Both the position numbers and the translations under genes were made by a program. Of a stretch of DNA of 64,000 bases, positions 40,409 through 52,830 are shown in pieces (within the stretch, counting starts at the first letter, position 1; every line of letters begins with the position of its first letter). The DNA comes from Octopus vulgaris (Eukaryota). The notes below the pieces were generated by a model, which was not told where the DNA came from, did no database searches, and saw only the letters and a list, made by a program, of their open reading frames with translations. Location of the stretch: contig OX597815.1 of NCBI GenBank assembly GCA_951406725.2, positions 130,386,001-130,450,000 of the forward strand, read 5' to 3'.

Positions 40409-41237
40409 TAATATGACTGGCTTCTTTCAGTTTCTCTCTACTCACAAGGCTTTGGTCAGCCTGAGGCTATAGCAGAAGACACTTGCCCAAGGTGCCATGC
40501 AGTGGGACTGAACCTGGAACCATGTGGTTGAGAAGTAAGCTTCTTACCATGCAGTCGCTTCTGTACCTTTGTGTCTATGTTCTTTTTCTTGTTTTAATTT
40601 AATTTTGATTGGCTAGGTACTTTATATCCAGGTTGTGGAGGAAAGTGTCTTTATTTATCGCCCTTTAAATCTTCAGAAGGTCTTGCAAATGTTTATTGTC
40701 CCTGATATTGTGTTCATTTGTGGTGTATGAATCCAGGAGCTGCATTCTCTTAGAATTTAGAGTCAGGAAGTCATCTTGGCTGTAGAAAATCTCCTTCAGT
40801 GAATTCCATCTGACTCATGCCAGCATGGAAGATAGATGTCAAAATGTGATGATGATAATAATGTAGAATTGTGTTATGCTAAGTAGTCACCAATATCTAA
40901 CTAGTACCATCAACTAAATTACTCTGGCTTGACATTATTTGTATCACCTTTATCATCTTTTAGAGTCTGAATTCAATGCTGGCATGGACTGGATGGTTTG
41001 AGAAGATCTGACTAGCCTGATGGCTGTGTTGGTCTCCATTGTCTCCTTTGACAAGGTTTCTACAGTTGGATGCCCTTTCTAATGCAAACCACTTTATAGA
41101 ATGTGCTAGGTGCCTTTTTTCATGGCACCAGTATGGTGAGGACACCAAGTAATTTGTGGGACAAACACTCTTTGACACTGGCAGGTGGGTGCAGTATTGA
41201 GGGAGGTGACTTTGTGCCAGGTGTCGAGAAGCTAAAC

Positions 41238-41578
41238 TCATGGTTCTCAACTCTTTTTTTGTCTGTAGACCCTTTTGATTCCTATTTTGTTCTACTAGAC
41301 CCTGCAAAGCCATTCAATGTTTAAAAAAAATCCTTTTATATTTTCACAATTAAATATTACTAAGAATTGTATATAAAAAATAATATTTTGTGCATTGCCA
41401 GAACCTTGTCCTTCTTTTTAAAATGGCAGTGCTCCAGCATGGCTGCAACCTCAAGGCTGAAACATATAAAAGAATAAAAGAATTGTAGAAGTATAACCAA
41501 TGTATTGCACATCAATTTTAACAATAAAATCTTATATGGACCCTCAAGGGTCATATAGACCCTGGTTGAGAACCACTG
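41238..41578. mobile_element. hAT/Charlie-type MITE
   Basis: TGGTTCTCAAC...GGTTGAGAACCACTG, TSD AGCTAAAC/AGCTAAAA. Confidence 0.75.
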
Positions 41579-41715
41579 AGCTAAAATATGTATGAAGGTC
41601 AGGGACAAGTGACTTGTTATACATGACTACTCCAGATGGTGGGTCATAGAATCGTAGCAGATGACAGGGGTAGCATTGAAAACAGTATTAGTAAAAGAAA
41701 AAAAGCAATAGTTTT

Positions 41716-41753
<38 letters not shown>

Positions 41754-41767
41754 ATTTTCTCTTGTTC

Positions 41768-41803
41768 CTTTCTGTTGAAGAGCATAGGCTTGAAACATAA
41801 AAG
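41768..41803 (+). ncRNA. Variant or degenerate hammerhead motif in pLTR-like repeat (41750-41895)
   Basis: CTTT, CTGTTGAA, GAGC-atag-GCTT, GAAA-CATA, AAAG. The downstream tail resembles the reverse complement of 19914-19990. Confidence 0.45.
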
Positions 41804-41995
41804 ACTTCATTTTTCCTGAGTGTCAAACTAATACACCTGCTTGTTGTTCCTACACCTGTCTTCATCTTTTTTGTTTTTTTTATAAATTTCAACAGTAGTT
41901 AAAAATGTTTGAGAAGCACTGTTTTAAATTAACTTAATTTAATGCAATTTTTTTATTCTCTATATTTAACAATTTTTTTTCTTTTCTTTTTCCAG

Positions 41996-43823
41996 AATAC
42001 GAGAACTTTTCTATAAAGATGATAGCAAAACTCTTCGCCGAATGATATCTGCTAAAGAGATCACCGAAGATGAATTGAAGGTGAACTTGATTCTTTCTTG
42101 TAAAATTGGATCCATCAATTGTGCTGCAACAATTTTAGAGGCTGGAATATCATGCAATATGTTAGATTCTGAAGGGTTTACACCTTTGGCAACAGCCTCC
42201 AAATATGGACAAAACCCTATCCTTGATCTCATCATTCGCTGGGATTGTACAATTGATCTCAGTGTTGGCCCTTTACAGAACACAGCTCTTCACTTCAGTG
42301 CCAGTGAGGGACATTTAGAATGTTGTCAGTCTTTGTTAGAGTCTGGATCTGAAGCCAATGCTGAAAATGCTGAAGACAATACACCATTGATTTTAGCAGC
42401 AACAAATGGTCATGATCATATTGTGAAACTTTTGCTCAAATGGAATGCATCTGTACGTCGAGGAGGATCTCACGAAGCAAGTGCTCTACACATGGCTGCC
42501 AGTAATGGCCATATTAATTGTTGTCAGACCTTATTGACTGCTAAAGCTGATGTTGAGAGTGAGGATAACTTTGGTAATACTCCATTGATGTGTGCTGCAG
42601 AAAAAGGCCATTATCAGGTTTTAGCAATGCTGCTGAATCGAAGTTGTGATGTGAATCATATGAGCCACAGTGCAGTTACTGCACTTCACTTGACCACACA
42701 ACATGGAGACTATGAATGCACCTGTTTGTTGCTTGAGCATGGGGCTGAGATTGATGCACAAGACATTCGTCGTTTCACTCCACTGATGATGGCTTCACTT
42801 AATGGTCATGATAAAATCGTTGAACTATTGGTGCAGCATAGATGCAATATCAACATGGTTGCTTATAACAAACGCACAGCACTACATTTGGCTTCTGAAC
42901 GAGGAAAACTGGGATGCTGCAAATTACTATTTGAAGCTGGATCCTCCATTAACGCACAAGATGTTCTTGGCTGCACTCCACTTCATGTAGCGGCTAGCAA
43001 AGGGCATATGGATGTATTGAAATTCCTCATATCTAATGGTGCTGATATTTATGAAAGAACTTCCAATGGTGACATGCTTCTGCACTTTGCTGCTGCTGGT
43101 GGCAACACAGAAATCTGTAAGTTTCTCATTGAACGCAGTTTTGACATTGATGCACAGAACTATGATGGGATTACGCCACTTGTAAATGCTGTAAAACATC
43201 AACAGATTTCAACATCAAAACTTTTGCTGGACTATGGTTGTAAGGTGAATCATCGAGGCTTGCATGGAATGACAGCACTTAACGAAGCAGTTTTCTATAA
43301 CAACTTCCCACTTGTAGTATTACTCCTGCAGTATGGCGCAGACCCAGATATTGAAGATGCTGTGGGTACCTTACCACTTTGGTTTGCTATTGATAATTTA
43401 AACCTTGATATGGCCAAAGTATTGCTGCTTGCCAATGCTCGATCAAATCAGGTTTCCACTTTCTTGGAGTCCTGTGGACCTTGTAGTCCTCTGGAACATG
43501 TACTTCATCAACAAAAAGAGACATTGATCATCTGGCTTGCAAAAGCTTATGGGTCAAAAGCTTTAAACGCATTTCGAAGTCATTTACACATTCTACGTAA
43601 AATGCCATCTGTGAACAAAAGTACCATAGAAATGGTACAGACTCTTTCTTGTAATACCAGGCCATTAATGGAACACTGTAGGCAGTGCATCCGCACTACT
43701 TTTGGTAAGGGTGGGAAAGTTTCTAATGACATACAGGCCTTGGAAATTCCATTAAAAATCAAGAACTATTTATTATTTAGTGATTTCGATGGTTGGCAAT
43801 CAGAAGTTAAGGAAATAATATAA
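41996..43823 (+). CDS. Ankyrin-repeat and SOCS-box protein (ASB-like), large terminal coding exon
   Basis: 593-aa ORF 42042-43823 has about 13 clear ankyrin repeats (GxTPLH/TALH...GH...LL..GA.VN) plus degenerate end repeats, and a C-terminal SOCS box (RPLMEHCRQCIR...LEIPLKIKNYL, ~43653-43780). The frame stays open upstream (IRELFYKDDSKTLRR) to a strong acceptor: branch-like TTTAAC 41965-70, polypyrimidine tract, CCAG ending at 41995, phase 2. Confidence 0.93.
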
Positions 43824-46800
43824 ATATTATTTTTTTCGTTAGCACTACTCTCAAAAGCTGTTTTAAATTGACTATTCTTGCCAAGAGAAAAAAAACATAT
43901 TTTGTAGGATTCAGAGATAATCCGAACATTTTGATATATTTCACTTTAAAGGGATTAAAGTTGAACAGAAACAGGATGAGAGGAATGAAGAGAAAGAAAC
44001 CTTCAACTCCTGAGAATCATTTAAAGTTTAATTGTTGCTAATGCCTTTACCATTATTAGATTCTTCAGACATCTAGCTGTTTGGGAATTAAAGCTTAGCT
44101 TTCACTTTCATTTTTTTTTTTTTTGTCAGTATTGCTAATGAAAAGTGGTGAGTACCACAAGGTAAGCTCCCAACAAATCAAGTCAGTGACTTAGTTTTGA
44201 TTCCTAGTTGAAGTTATTTCAATGCACTTATGCTTCTAATGTCTTTTAGAAAGGCATGAATGTCTCAATGCTACATTTCTCTGCCCCTATGAAGTTGAGG
44301 TCTCATGTTTACATCAGACATCACTGTTAGTAACACAGTAACACATACATATGTGACATTCATCATCGAATGAGAGGTTAGCTTTCGGCAAGTCAAGCCC
44401 ATGAAAATGATTTTAGTTTCCCAGTTAAATGCCATTAATGCCCTTTTGAAAACCATGAACGTCACAATTTCTCTATTTACTTTGTGTCTAGTTAAAAGAA
44501 ATCAAAATTGGTAACTAAAGATATCCTGTGGTTTTACAGAGTTAATGGATAATGAAAAACTTAAACTACGGATGTTCTTCCTGAAACAAGATCTGCTTTC
44601 TACAATCTTAAAGCTTACTTTTAAAGCTACATCCCATCTTGTATATAAGTATATAGACACATACACACACATATAAATTATATATATATAAGAATAAATT
44701 CTATATTCTGACATAGTCACTAAATTGTATTTTAGTTGTTATTTTAATGCCTTTGTGATTTACTGAAATCCAATGAAAGTTGAAGCCCAAGTACAGAAAT
44801 TCATTTATTTTTTTTCACTATCAGGTATGATTAAAAAATCATCTGGTTTCTCAATCATGTAGCTTTGGGTTCAGTACCACCCTGTAGCACTTTTGGAAAG
44901 TATTGTCTTCTATAACCCATGACCCAACCAATGTTTAATGAAGGAATCAGATGGAAACTGAAAGAAGCTTGTGTGTGTAAGGTAGCAAGCTGACAAAATC
45001 ATTAGCATGTTGGACAAAATGCTTAGCTGCATATCTTCTGGCTCTTTGTGTTCTGAGTTCAAATACTGCTGAGCTCAAGTTTGCCATTCATCCTTTCAGG
45101 GTAACAAAAATACAGTACCAGTCAAATACCAAGGTTAGTGTAATCAATTTATCCCCTGCTGCCCTTGAATTCTCTGGTAGACCACCATCTCGTTCAAGGT
45201 GATGTTATGAGATTGTTTACTTACAAGCCATGGAAACCAAGTGACTATCATTATGAGTCTTAGGGCTCAAGAAACATAAATGAAACAGCTATATGTGTGT
45301 ATGAATGCTTACTATTTTCATTGAGCTACAGTCAGAAACATCACCATTTCTAGCTGGGCAGCAACTGGTGATGTTTGTTGATATTTCCTGTCAACAGATT
45401 ATCTAGAAGCTCTGTGCTTTCAAATTCCTTTGAAGTAAAATAACCTTTGAAAAACAGGTAAGGAATATCATCTAGCCTCAGCTACCTCCTCCTCTAATCT
45501 ATGATCACTTGGAAAAACAAACACTTTAAATTGACATTTGATTCATTTGTTTGTTCAGTAATTTCTGTGGAATTAGTGAGAACTGAAAAGTTGAAAAGAG
45601 AATGGAAGTATTGCACTATGAACGAAAATGTTGTGTTATTGCATTGTATCTATAGCAGGGATACTTATCTTAAATAGCTCAGTCCACTTGGCTGTAAATT
45701 GATAACACAGGTTTATGTATAGTTTAGGGTCTGTCATAAACCTTAGAATTCATAAGACTGGGGGTTTGGTCTGGTTTCCATGGCATACAAGTGACAAATT
45801 ATGTAATTCCCTGCTTCCTGGACATGCCATTCTGTTGCACAATTAACTCCTCGGCTCCTGCTGGAGCTCCTTTACAGCCAAGTGGACTGGAGCAACATGG
45901 AATGAAGTGTTTCTAATCAAGAACACAATGCAGCCTGGGAATCAAAACTGCTATCAGGAGTGCAATGCTAACTTCTAGGCCAGGCTCCTTCACATTGTCT
46001 ATAGTTTACCACTCTGTGAAACTGATGATTGTTCAGTGAGTTTGTAGTGAAGTTATACATTTGGATATAAATTTGGGAAGGATCAATTTCAGATGAACAA
46101 CAACATTCAAGGAAATGGCAGCTTTAGTAATGGTGTATACTGCCAATGTTCTACTTTAACATTGTCGTTAATGTTTTAATCCCAGGTAGCTCTGTTTAAG
46201 CAGACTTTATGATCAAATACATTCCATCTTTTTCCTATTGCAGAAAACCTAGGGCCACTATATTTAGTGTACCCTTTTAAGATGAGTGTTTGAGGGAGAT
46301 TTGGGTATTATTTGTTGCAGATCACCCCACCACATAGTTGTCCCTTTGCTAGAATGGATAAGTGTGGATTGTCTCAGACTGACTGAAATCATGATTTCAT
46401 GTCCCAGTGGTAGAACCTTGTTGTCAGATGGCCATGAGTTCCAATACATTTATAAATTTAAAAGAAAATTGACAATGTCACTTCATTGAAGTCTATGTTT
46501 GGGTGTCCTTGTCTCGAAACTGCACTAATTGTAAACAAATGTCACTGTCACACAAACAGTGTTGTTTGTTTGCACTCTTTTAAAACATGTCCAGCTATTG
46601 TTTTTTTTTTGTATTAAAAGACTTGGGGAAATATTACCTTGTCTGGAAACAGGTGAGTGTTGGTTACAGGAAAAATGTCCAGTCATTAAAAATATGCCTC
46701 AACAAAGTTTATCTTACCTATACAAGCACAGAAAAACAGAATGGTGATTGATTATAATTATGATGTAGCACATGTCAATTTTGTGAAACCCATCGAAGTT

Positions 46801-47900
46801 ACTTATGCAATATGTTGAGTTTAGTACTAAATTAATGAAAAATGTTTTATGGAGCTACTGTTGTCTATAGCAGTGAAATATTCCTATCATATGGTACCTG
46901 CATACAGAGAAATAGGGGTCATCTGTTGGTGTGAATTTCCAACCCTTCAGCCAGTATCTTAACAGGTCAGCTGCAACCAATGTTTTTGGATAGCCAACTG
47001 ACATTTCCCCAGAAAGATCATGTCCTGTATGAGGTTTGTATTACATCCAGCCGATGTCTCATTTCTTTAACACTTGCTGTTTAATCCAGTTAGCCCTGAT
47101 CAAGCAGATATGATCAAAAAGGTCTCCAGCTTTGACTATCCCATCTTTTATTCAGGATTATAATTTCCAATGTGCTCTTTGGAGAGAAAAACTGAGAGTA
47201 GGTATAATTTTACTGCTGTTTTCTGCAGATCATGCAACCACTTAGTGGCTTCGTTGGTTAATTTACTGGAAAGATCAATTGTACATGCAGCAGAGAGAAA
47301 CAGACTACTGCCTGCTCCAAGCTCATGCTATATAATATACACATGCATGGCTGCAGATTGACTGAAGCAAATAAAAGATATGCACACTCACAGTTCATCC
47401 AGAGACAATGACATGTACAAACACAGCTGCCTATAATAGAAGCTAACTGTGACAGCATAACATTAAAACGGTCGAAGTAGCAAGTTTTTAAAAACTAATT
47501 GTAAATTTATTGCAGTATACCTTTTAGCCAAAACTGCATGTTTAATTGGATGTGCCAGGAAAATATTAATGAATGCCTATACAATTTATGTGCATAGAAA
47601 TAGGGTTAGCATGACATAATGGGTGAGAAGTTCTTGTGTATCCAAGTAGGACTATACCCACTTGGACCAACCCTCTGTTTTCTACTCATGGAAAGTTTAT
47701 TTGCTTCCATTTGCCCTGTTCATTCAACTAGCATCAACTAAAACTTATATTCCAATAGATTTACTCTTGCATAATAGTTACAAGACAATTATCTTTCATC
47801 TAAAAGAGATTCTTAACAGCACCAAAGTTAAGTATCACCTTTGTGGGCTGATATGATTTGTGAGTGGATTAGATTAATTTTTTATACAGTTCTATATTTA

Positions 47901-48180
47901 AGAGATGAGGAATTATTTACATTTGGATGGATATTTGTCCTCATCTTGTTTGTTGTTAACACATTTCTGTTGATATACCTTCCAGCTTTCATCAGGTGTC
48001 TTGGGGGAAATTTCGAACCTGGTTTTTCATACCTAAGGTAATTTCCAATATTATTACTATTCAGGTCACTGCCTGGAATTGAACTCTGAATCTTGGGGTT
48101 AAGTAGCCAGTGCTGTTAACTACTACACCATATGCCCATGGTGTTAACAAGATGAGGACAAATATCTGTCAAATGTAAAT
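47901..48180 (-). mobile_element. tRNA-headed element with hammerhead-bearing tail and terminal inverted duplication
   Basis: Minus strand: tRNA-like head 48137-48063 (A box TGGTGTAGTAGTTA, B box GAGTTCAATTCC), then GACAC-CTGATGA...GAAA-t-GTGTT (48000-47958). Inverted arms 47915-47962 / 48141-48180. Confidence 0.65.
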
Positions 48181-48549
48181 GTATATTTACAATTTATCCT
48201 GGACTAGTATTTTCAATTTATTTTGAGTTGTGAATTGTAGATTATGGTGACTGGTTTTTATTTTACATCAAAAAACAAAGAAAGCTCTTCCAGTCTTTGA
48301 AGTGGATGTTTATATATATATAATGTTGCAAGCTAAATGGTTTTTTAAATTTACATTCAAAAGGAAGCAAAAGATAATTAGCTAATTTCTAGAGAAGGAA
48401 CATAAAGGACCCACATATCTACCATGCAATGTTGCATGGTAAAAAGGGATGTGGATTTTGAATGTAGATGATTCGAGAAAAGTAGCGAAATAGATAAACT
48501 GAATAACTAGATATAAATGTGCAAGACAGAACATAACATGGTGATGGAA

Positions 48550-49080
48550 TAATACTGTAGTTAGAGCTATAAAAGCTAAGAGAAAGGGGCAACCGAACCA
48601 TATCAAGTAATTAGAAGAGAAGCTAGATGTTGTGGATACTTAGCAAGAGAAGCAAAAAGGAAATGATTTACCAATGGCATGTGATAATGTTTCACATGGC
48701 AAGGCACTGTACTACAATGAAATGAGATGTTAATGGGGAGAAATGTGTATGAAATGACACTTTCTCTTAGTGACATTGAAAAGAAAGGTGTGAAAGTGCT
48801 ATTACAAGATGTCAATGTGGGGAATGCATGGGAGAAACAGAATCTCTATAAAGTTGATCAGAGAGACCAGTCAATGAAGTTGACAGTATAGTAGCAAGCA
48901 CAATTAAGGATATGAAGGCAGCTGGTCTTTAAGGAAGTCACCAAGATGCTTAACAATGCAAGGTCACATATTGGTCACTTGTGTGATCAATTAGGTAATA
49001 AAGATGTAAAAGCTAATAATTAGCATAGCACCATGAGAGTCAAGGGCAACAGGAGATACACTTGAGGGCTTCAAACTAGG
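48550..49080 (+). pseudogene. Highly degraded RTE LINE ORF fragment (EN-RT linker)
   Basis: Broken translation AIKAKR...YQVIRREAR...YLAREAK...DV.GRNV...AIKDMK resembles an RTE ORF. Confidence 0.5.
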
Positions 49081-52000
49081 ATTAGGTTATGGAATTCATT
49101 ACAAACAAAATAGCCTAGATGAGATGCAGGTTGAGTTTGTGCTGGAGAGAAATACTCATACTGCAAGGTCTTTGATAAGGCTCCACTAATTTGAGGATTG
49201 CTAAGGAAATTAGGGATAGATGAATGGCCTGCAATCTCTGCACAAGCTATGTTGTACAGAGGTGCAATCAGCAATGAATTTTGCTCATTAGGTAAGACCA
49301 AAAACTTTCTTAGTCTATTATGGCCAGGTCATTTGCCCATGTGAACACCCATAAGCTGATGACAGTTCTTACAATTAAACCCATAAAAAAATTCTAAGCC
49401 GTAAAAAAATTAGGAATTCTTCAGTGTAAACTATGGATGTGCAAGGTGTGTAAGTGGCATTAGAGGTTAAGAAAAGACATCAATAAATCCTGAGAAGTTT
49501 AACACTTAGGCAGCTGCCATCTACTTGTAGGGGTGCTGTCAGGTCATTTTAAATATTTTAGAACATCTGATTAGTGTACATGTGGAAAAGCTGAAAAATC
49601 TCAAAACAGGTTGAAAAAAAGTCTCCGCGTGGAAGAGGATGGTGCTTATTTGCAACTGCTGTACGATAGAAAGATGTAGGCCATTGCAAAGACCAGAGAA
49701 AAATATATGAATCTAGTTTGCTCCGCTGGATATGTAATGTTAGTATGCATGAATTGTTCATTTGTATGCAAGAGTATCCGTTCTTCAGAGAAATGTGCAT
49801 TTTTTTTCTACGTGCAACGTCACAAACCCGAACCTTTTAGTTAATTTTTGATGGCACTGACATTTTAGATACATTTCTGATGAAAGACTTTGGCAGATAT
49901 TTTCCTGTTCAACAGCAAATTGTAAATGTATTGGTCTACCTTTTCAGTAGTTATTTTTAACAGCTAGCTACTTTGAAAGGCAGAATAACGACTAGTTTCA
50001 ATGGAGATGTTCACGGCATGGCGAGCAGCAGTCAGTGAGCATTCGACTTCAACTCTAAATTTTCATTTTGGTTTATGCAGTTGGAAAATTTACGATCATT
50101 TTGACAATTTTCTTCATTTACCCATCAAATATATAATCAATATTAAGCGTGTCATATGACCAAATATTAAGATTAATATACTACTTTCTAAAATGTTCTC
50201 AAGCTACGTTCATTTGTGGCTTTATTAATACTGTCAATAATTGCATTGTTAAATTTTTCATATTTAATTTTACATTTAAAAACAGAAATTCCCTACATAG
50301 GCTTAAATCGATACATTCAATAATTACGAGTGTATTATCTAAACTAGTGCGAATGTGCGTGGTTTAGGGTATTTGGTTCATGGTCCTAAAGTCGAGAGTT
50401 CGATTCCCGGGGGCATGTTGTGGCCTTGTGCAAGACACTATTTCACGTTACTCCAGTCCAATGAGTTGACAAAAAGGAGTTGAATCTGTAATTCAAGGGG
50501 CCAGCATTGTCACTTTGTATCACGCTGAATCTCCCTAAGATCTATATTAAAGGTACACGTGTTTGTAGATTGCTCAGCCATTTGCACGTTAATTTCACGA
50601 GCAGGCTGTTCCGTTGATTGGATCAATTGGAACCCTCGTAACCGATGGAGTGTCAGTCTATAGACTAAACAATGCAACTATATGGAAATGCAAAGAGGAA
50701 TCAAATTTCGTGTTTGTTATGAACGGTTTTACCTTCTCATTTCCTTAGAACATAAGGACTTAAAACTTCAAATTAAACTAGATCTTTTCACCAACACGAA
50801 TGCTGCTTGAATTACAGGTACCATTATCTCTACTTGTTTTAGTTGGTTCGATGTTTAAGTCGAATTTGCAATGCATGGACCAAAGTTCTAATCTCATTCA
50901 TTTTGCTTAGAGCAGCACTGCCCCCACACCCACCCCGCATCAAAGTTGGCAATTTGTGGTGTCGAACCATCTCACCCCAGAGCAGAGAGAGGAGACGGGG
51001 TATAGTCAACTTTGAGTCACCCGAGAGACTAGAGGTGTAAACATTCAAAATGACATAACCAGTTGTTAGTGTACTTTGTAGAGGAGTGTGGGTTACTACT
51101 TTAGGCATAGGTCCAAGATAAACTTCATTACATCTGTCCTAGTGACAAGTACGTCATATTTGGCTCGGCTTCGTCTAAATCGATATTAATTCAATCAGTG
51201 AACCGGTGAAAGAATTATCAACCAACTATCTAGTATCTAGGTTAGTTAATTATTTGCAGAGTAAACTTGTTAAATATAAAAATTAAAAACTCAACACGAT
51301 GCTTGAGATTAAATGTTTTGGTTTAATATTTTCAATCAGCATTTAATACATTTTTGCGAGATTTCAGATAAAAGCGTATTTTATTGTAGAAGTTTAAAAC
51401 AAATATAAAAACATTAAGACTTCATTCAAATGAAGACAAAGAAAAACAAATTAGTTCTGTTCAGATGAAATTGTAAAAAAATAAAAACAGTAGTATTAGT
51501 TACTGTAACGAGCATTCAGGCTTTAATGAAATTTCCTAACAAAAAAATTAAAAACGGCTCTTCATCTCGACAGAAGACAATTTATTCTTGACGGGAAATT
51601 TGGTACGCTTTGGATATCTTATGAAATAGATAATCGTAACTCTTTATATAGAAATATCGCTGTCATAAACAAATCATACAGTAGATGCAAAACAAGAAAT
51701 ATTGTTAAAACGAAAAAAAACAAAACAAAAAGTTCTTTAAAAGCCAAGAATGACATTTTAGAAACTTTTAGATTTCACAAATCTAAAAGGATTTCGAAAC
51801 AATTCCGAAGAAAAGTAGTTTAAAACCTATTTCGCGAGTCTTTAACGGATGCTGAAATTTGAGGCTTCGATTCAGAAAAATGAAAATGGGCGAAATGTGA
51901 AACCTGGAAGAAAAAATAAAAAAAAAACCTTTCAAATAATTTTAAACATGGAGAAAAACTGGTCTGATTGAATTATTGGTCTTCAAGTGAGTAACAATTA

Positions 52001-52469
52001 TACAGAGAAAAAGAAGCCGGTGGCGGGGAATGACTTTCATGTAACCGATCCGATCTGTTACGTGGAAGTTGGAATGAACATGAAAATTTTCAGCATGAAT
52101 GCAGCTAAGGTTTACTTTACTTTTCCACTGTTTTGCACTCATGTTCTCGCTAGCACACGTACACAAATGGGGCTAAAAGTACTCAAAACTTGGCTGTATT
52201 TTCCTTTCCTCCACTTGTAGCCAAAAAAATCCCAACCAAGTTAACTCCAACTGTCAGCTGATCCAAAAATAAGCCACTCGATCAATGTGTATAGAAAGCA
52301 AATTCCAAGAATAGTTAAGGATTGAAATCAAATTTTTGTAACTCGGACAACATTAAATGTCTACAATTGCGTGCATGCAATTACAATTTTAAGTTAAAAT
52401 TCTGCCCATTTAGCAATTTTTCCCGCCCAGTATTCCTATGATAATGTTGGGATAAAGTTTTCAAAAGCC

Positions 52470-52830
52470 TGGTCCTATCAGAAGCAACTGATTTCTGGCT
52501 AGATGCTCAAGTGTGACCAACGAAAACTATGGATATTATCTAGCTATCTCGTTCTTTGTCACTCCTTGGCTCTCCTGAGAGTTGGCTTGAAGAATCTGTC
52601 TTACGATTATTTCCTGTGACATTCTGAACACGTGTTCAATGTACCCGAGCTTTTAATATGGAGATGCAGCAGCTCGACCTGGAGGGACTCCTGACGACTG
52701 AGCTGTGTAGCCCATCGAGTAAAGCTACACCAGAAAGAGTTCTATTTTTTCATCTTTTTAGAGATAAGGAAGACAGTATCCATGACGCATTACTTAGTCT
52801 CTAAGACTGGTGGGAAGGAGGAAAAAGGAT
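52470..52830 (-). pseudogene. Degraded RTE-type LINE C-terminal fragment
   Basis: GVALLDGLHSSVV...LQVELLHLHIK...HVFRMSQE...RQILQA..., then LDNIHS. Confidence 0.55.

Noticed and set aside
42011-43762. Antisense and alternative-frame ORFs over the ankyrin gene
   Set aside because: Shadow ORFs with no recognisable motifs.
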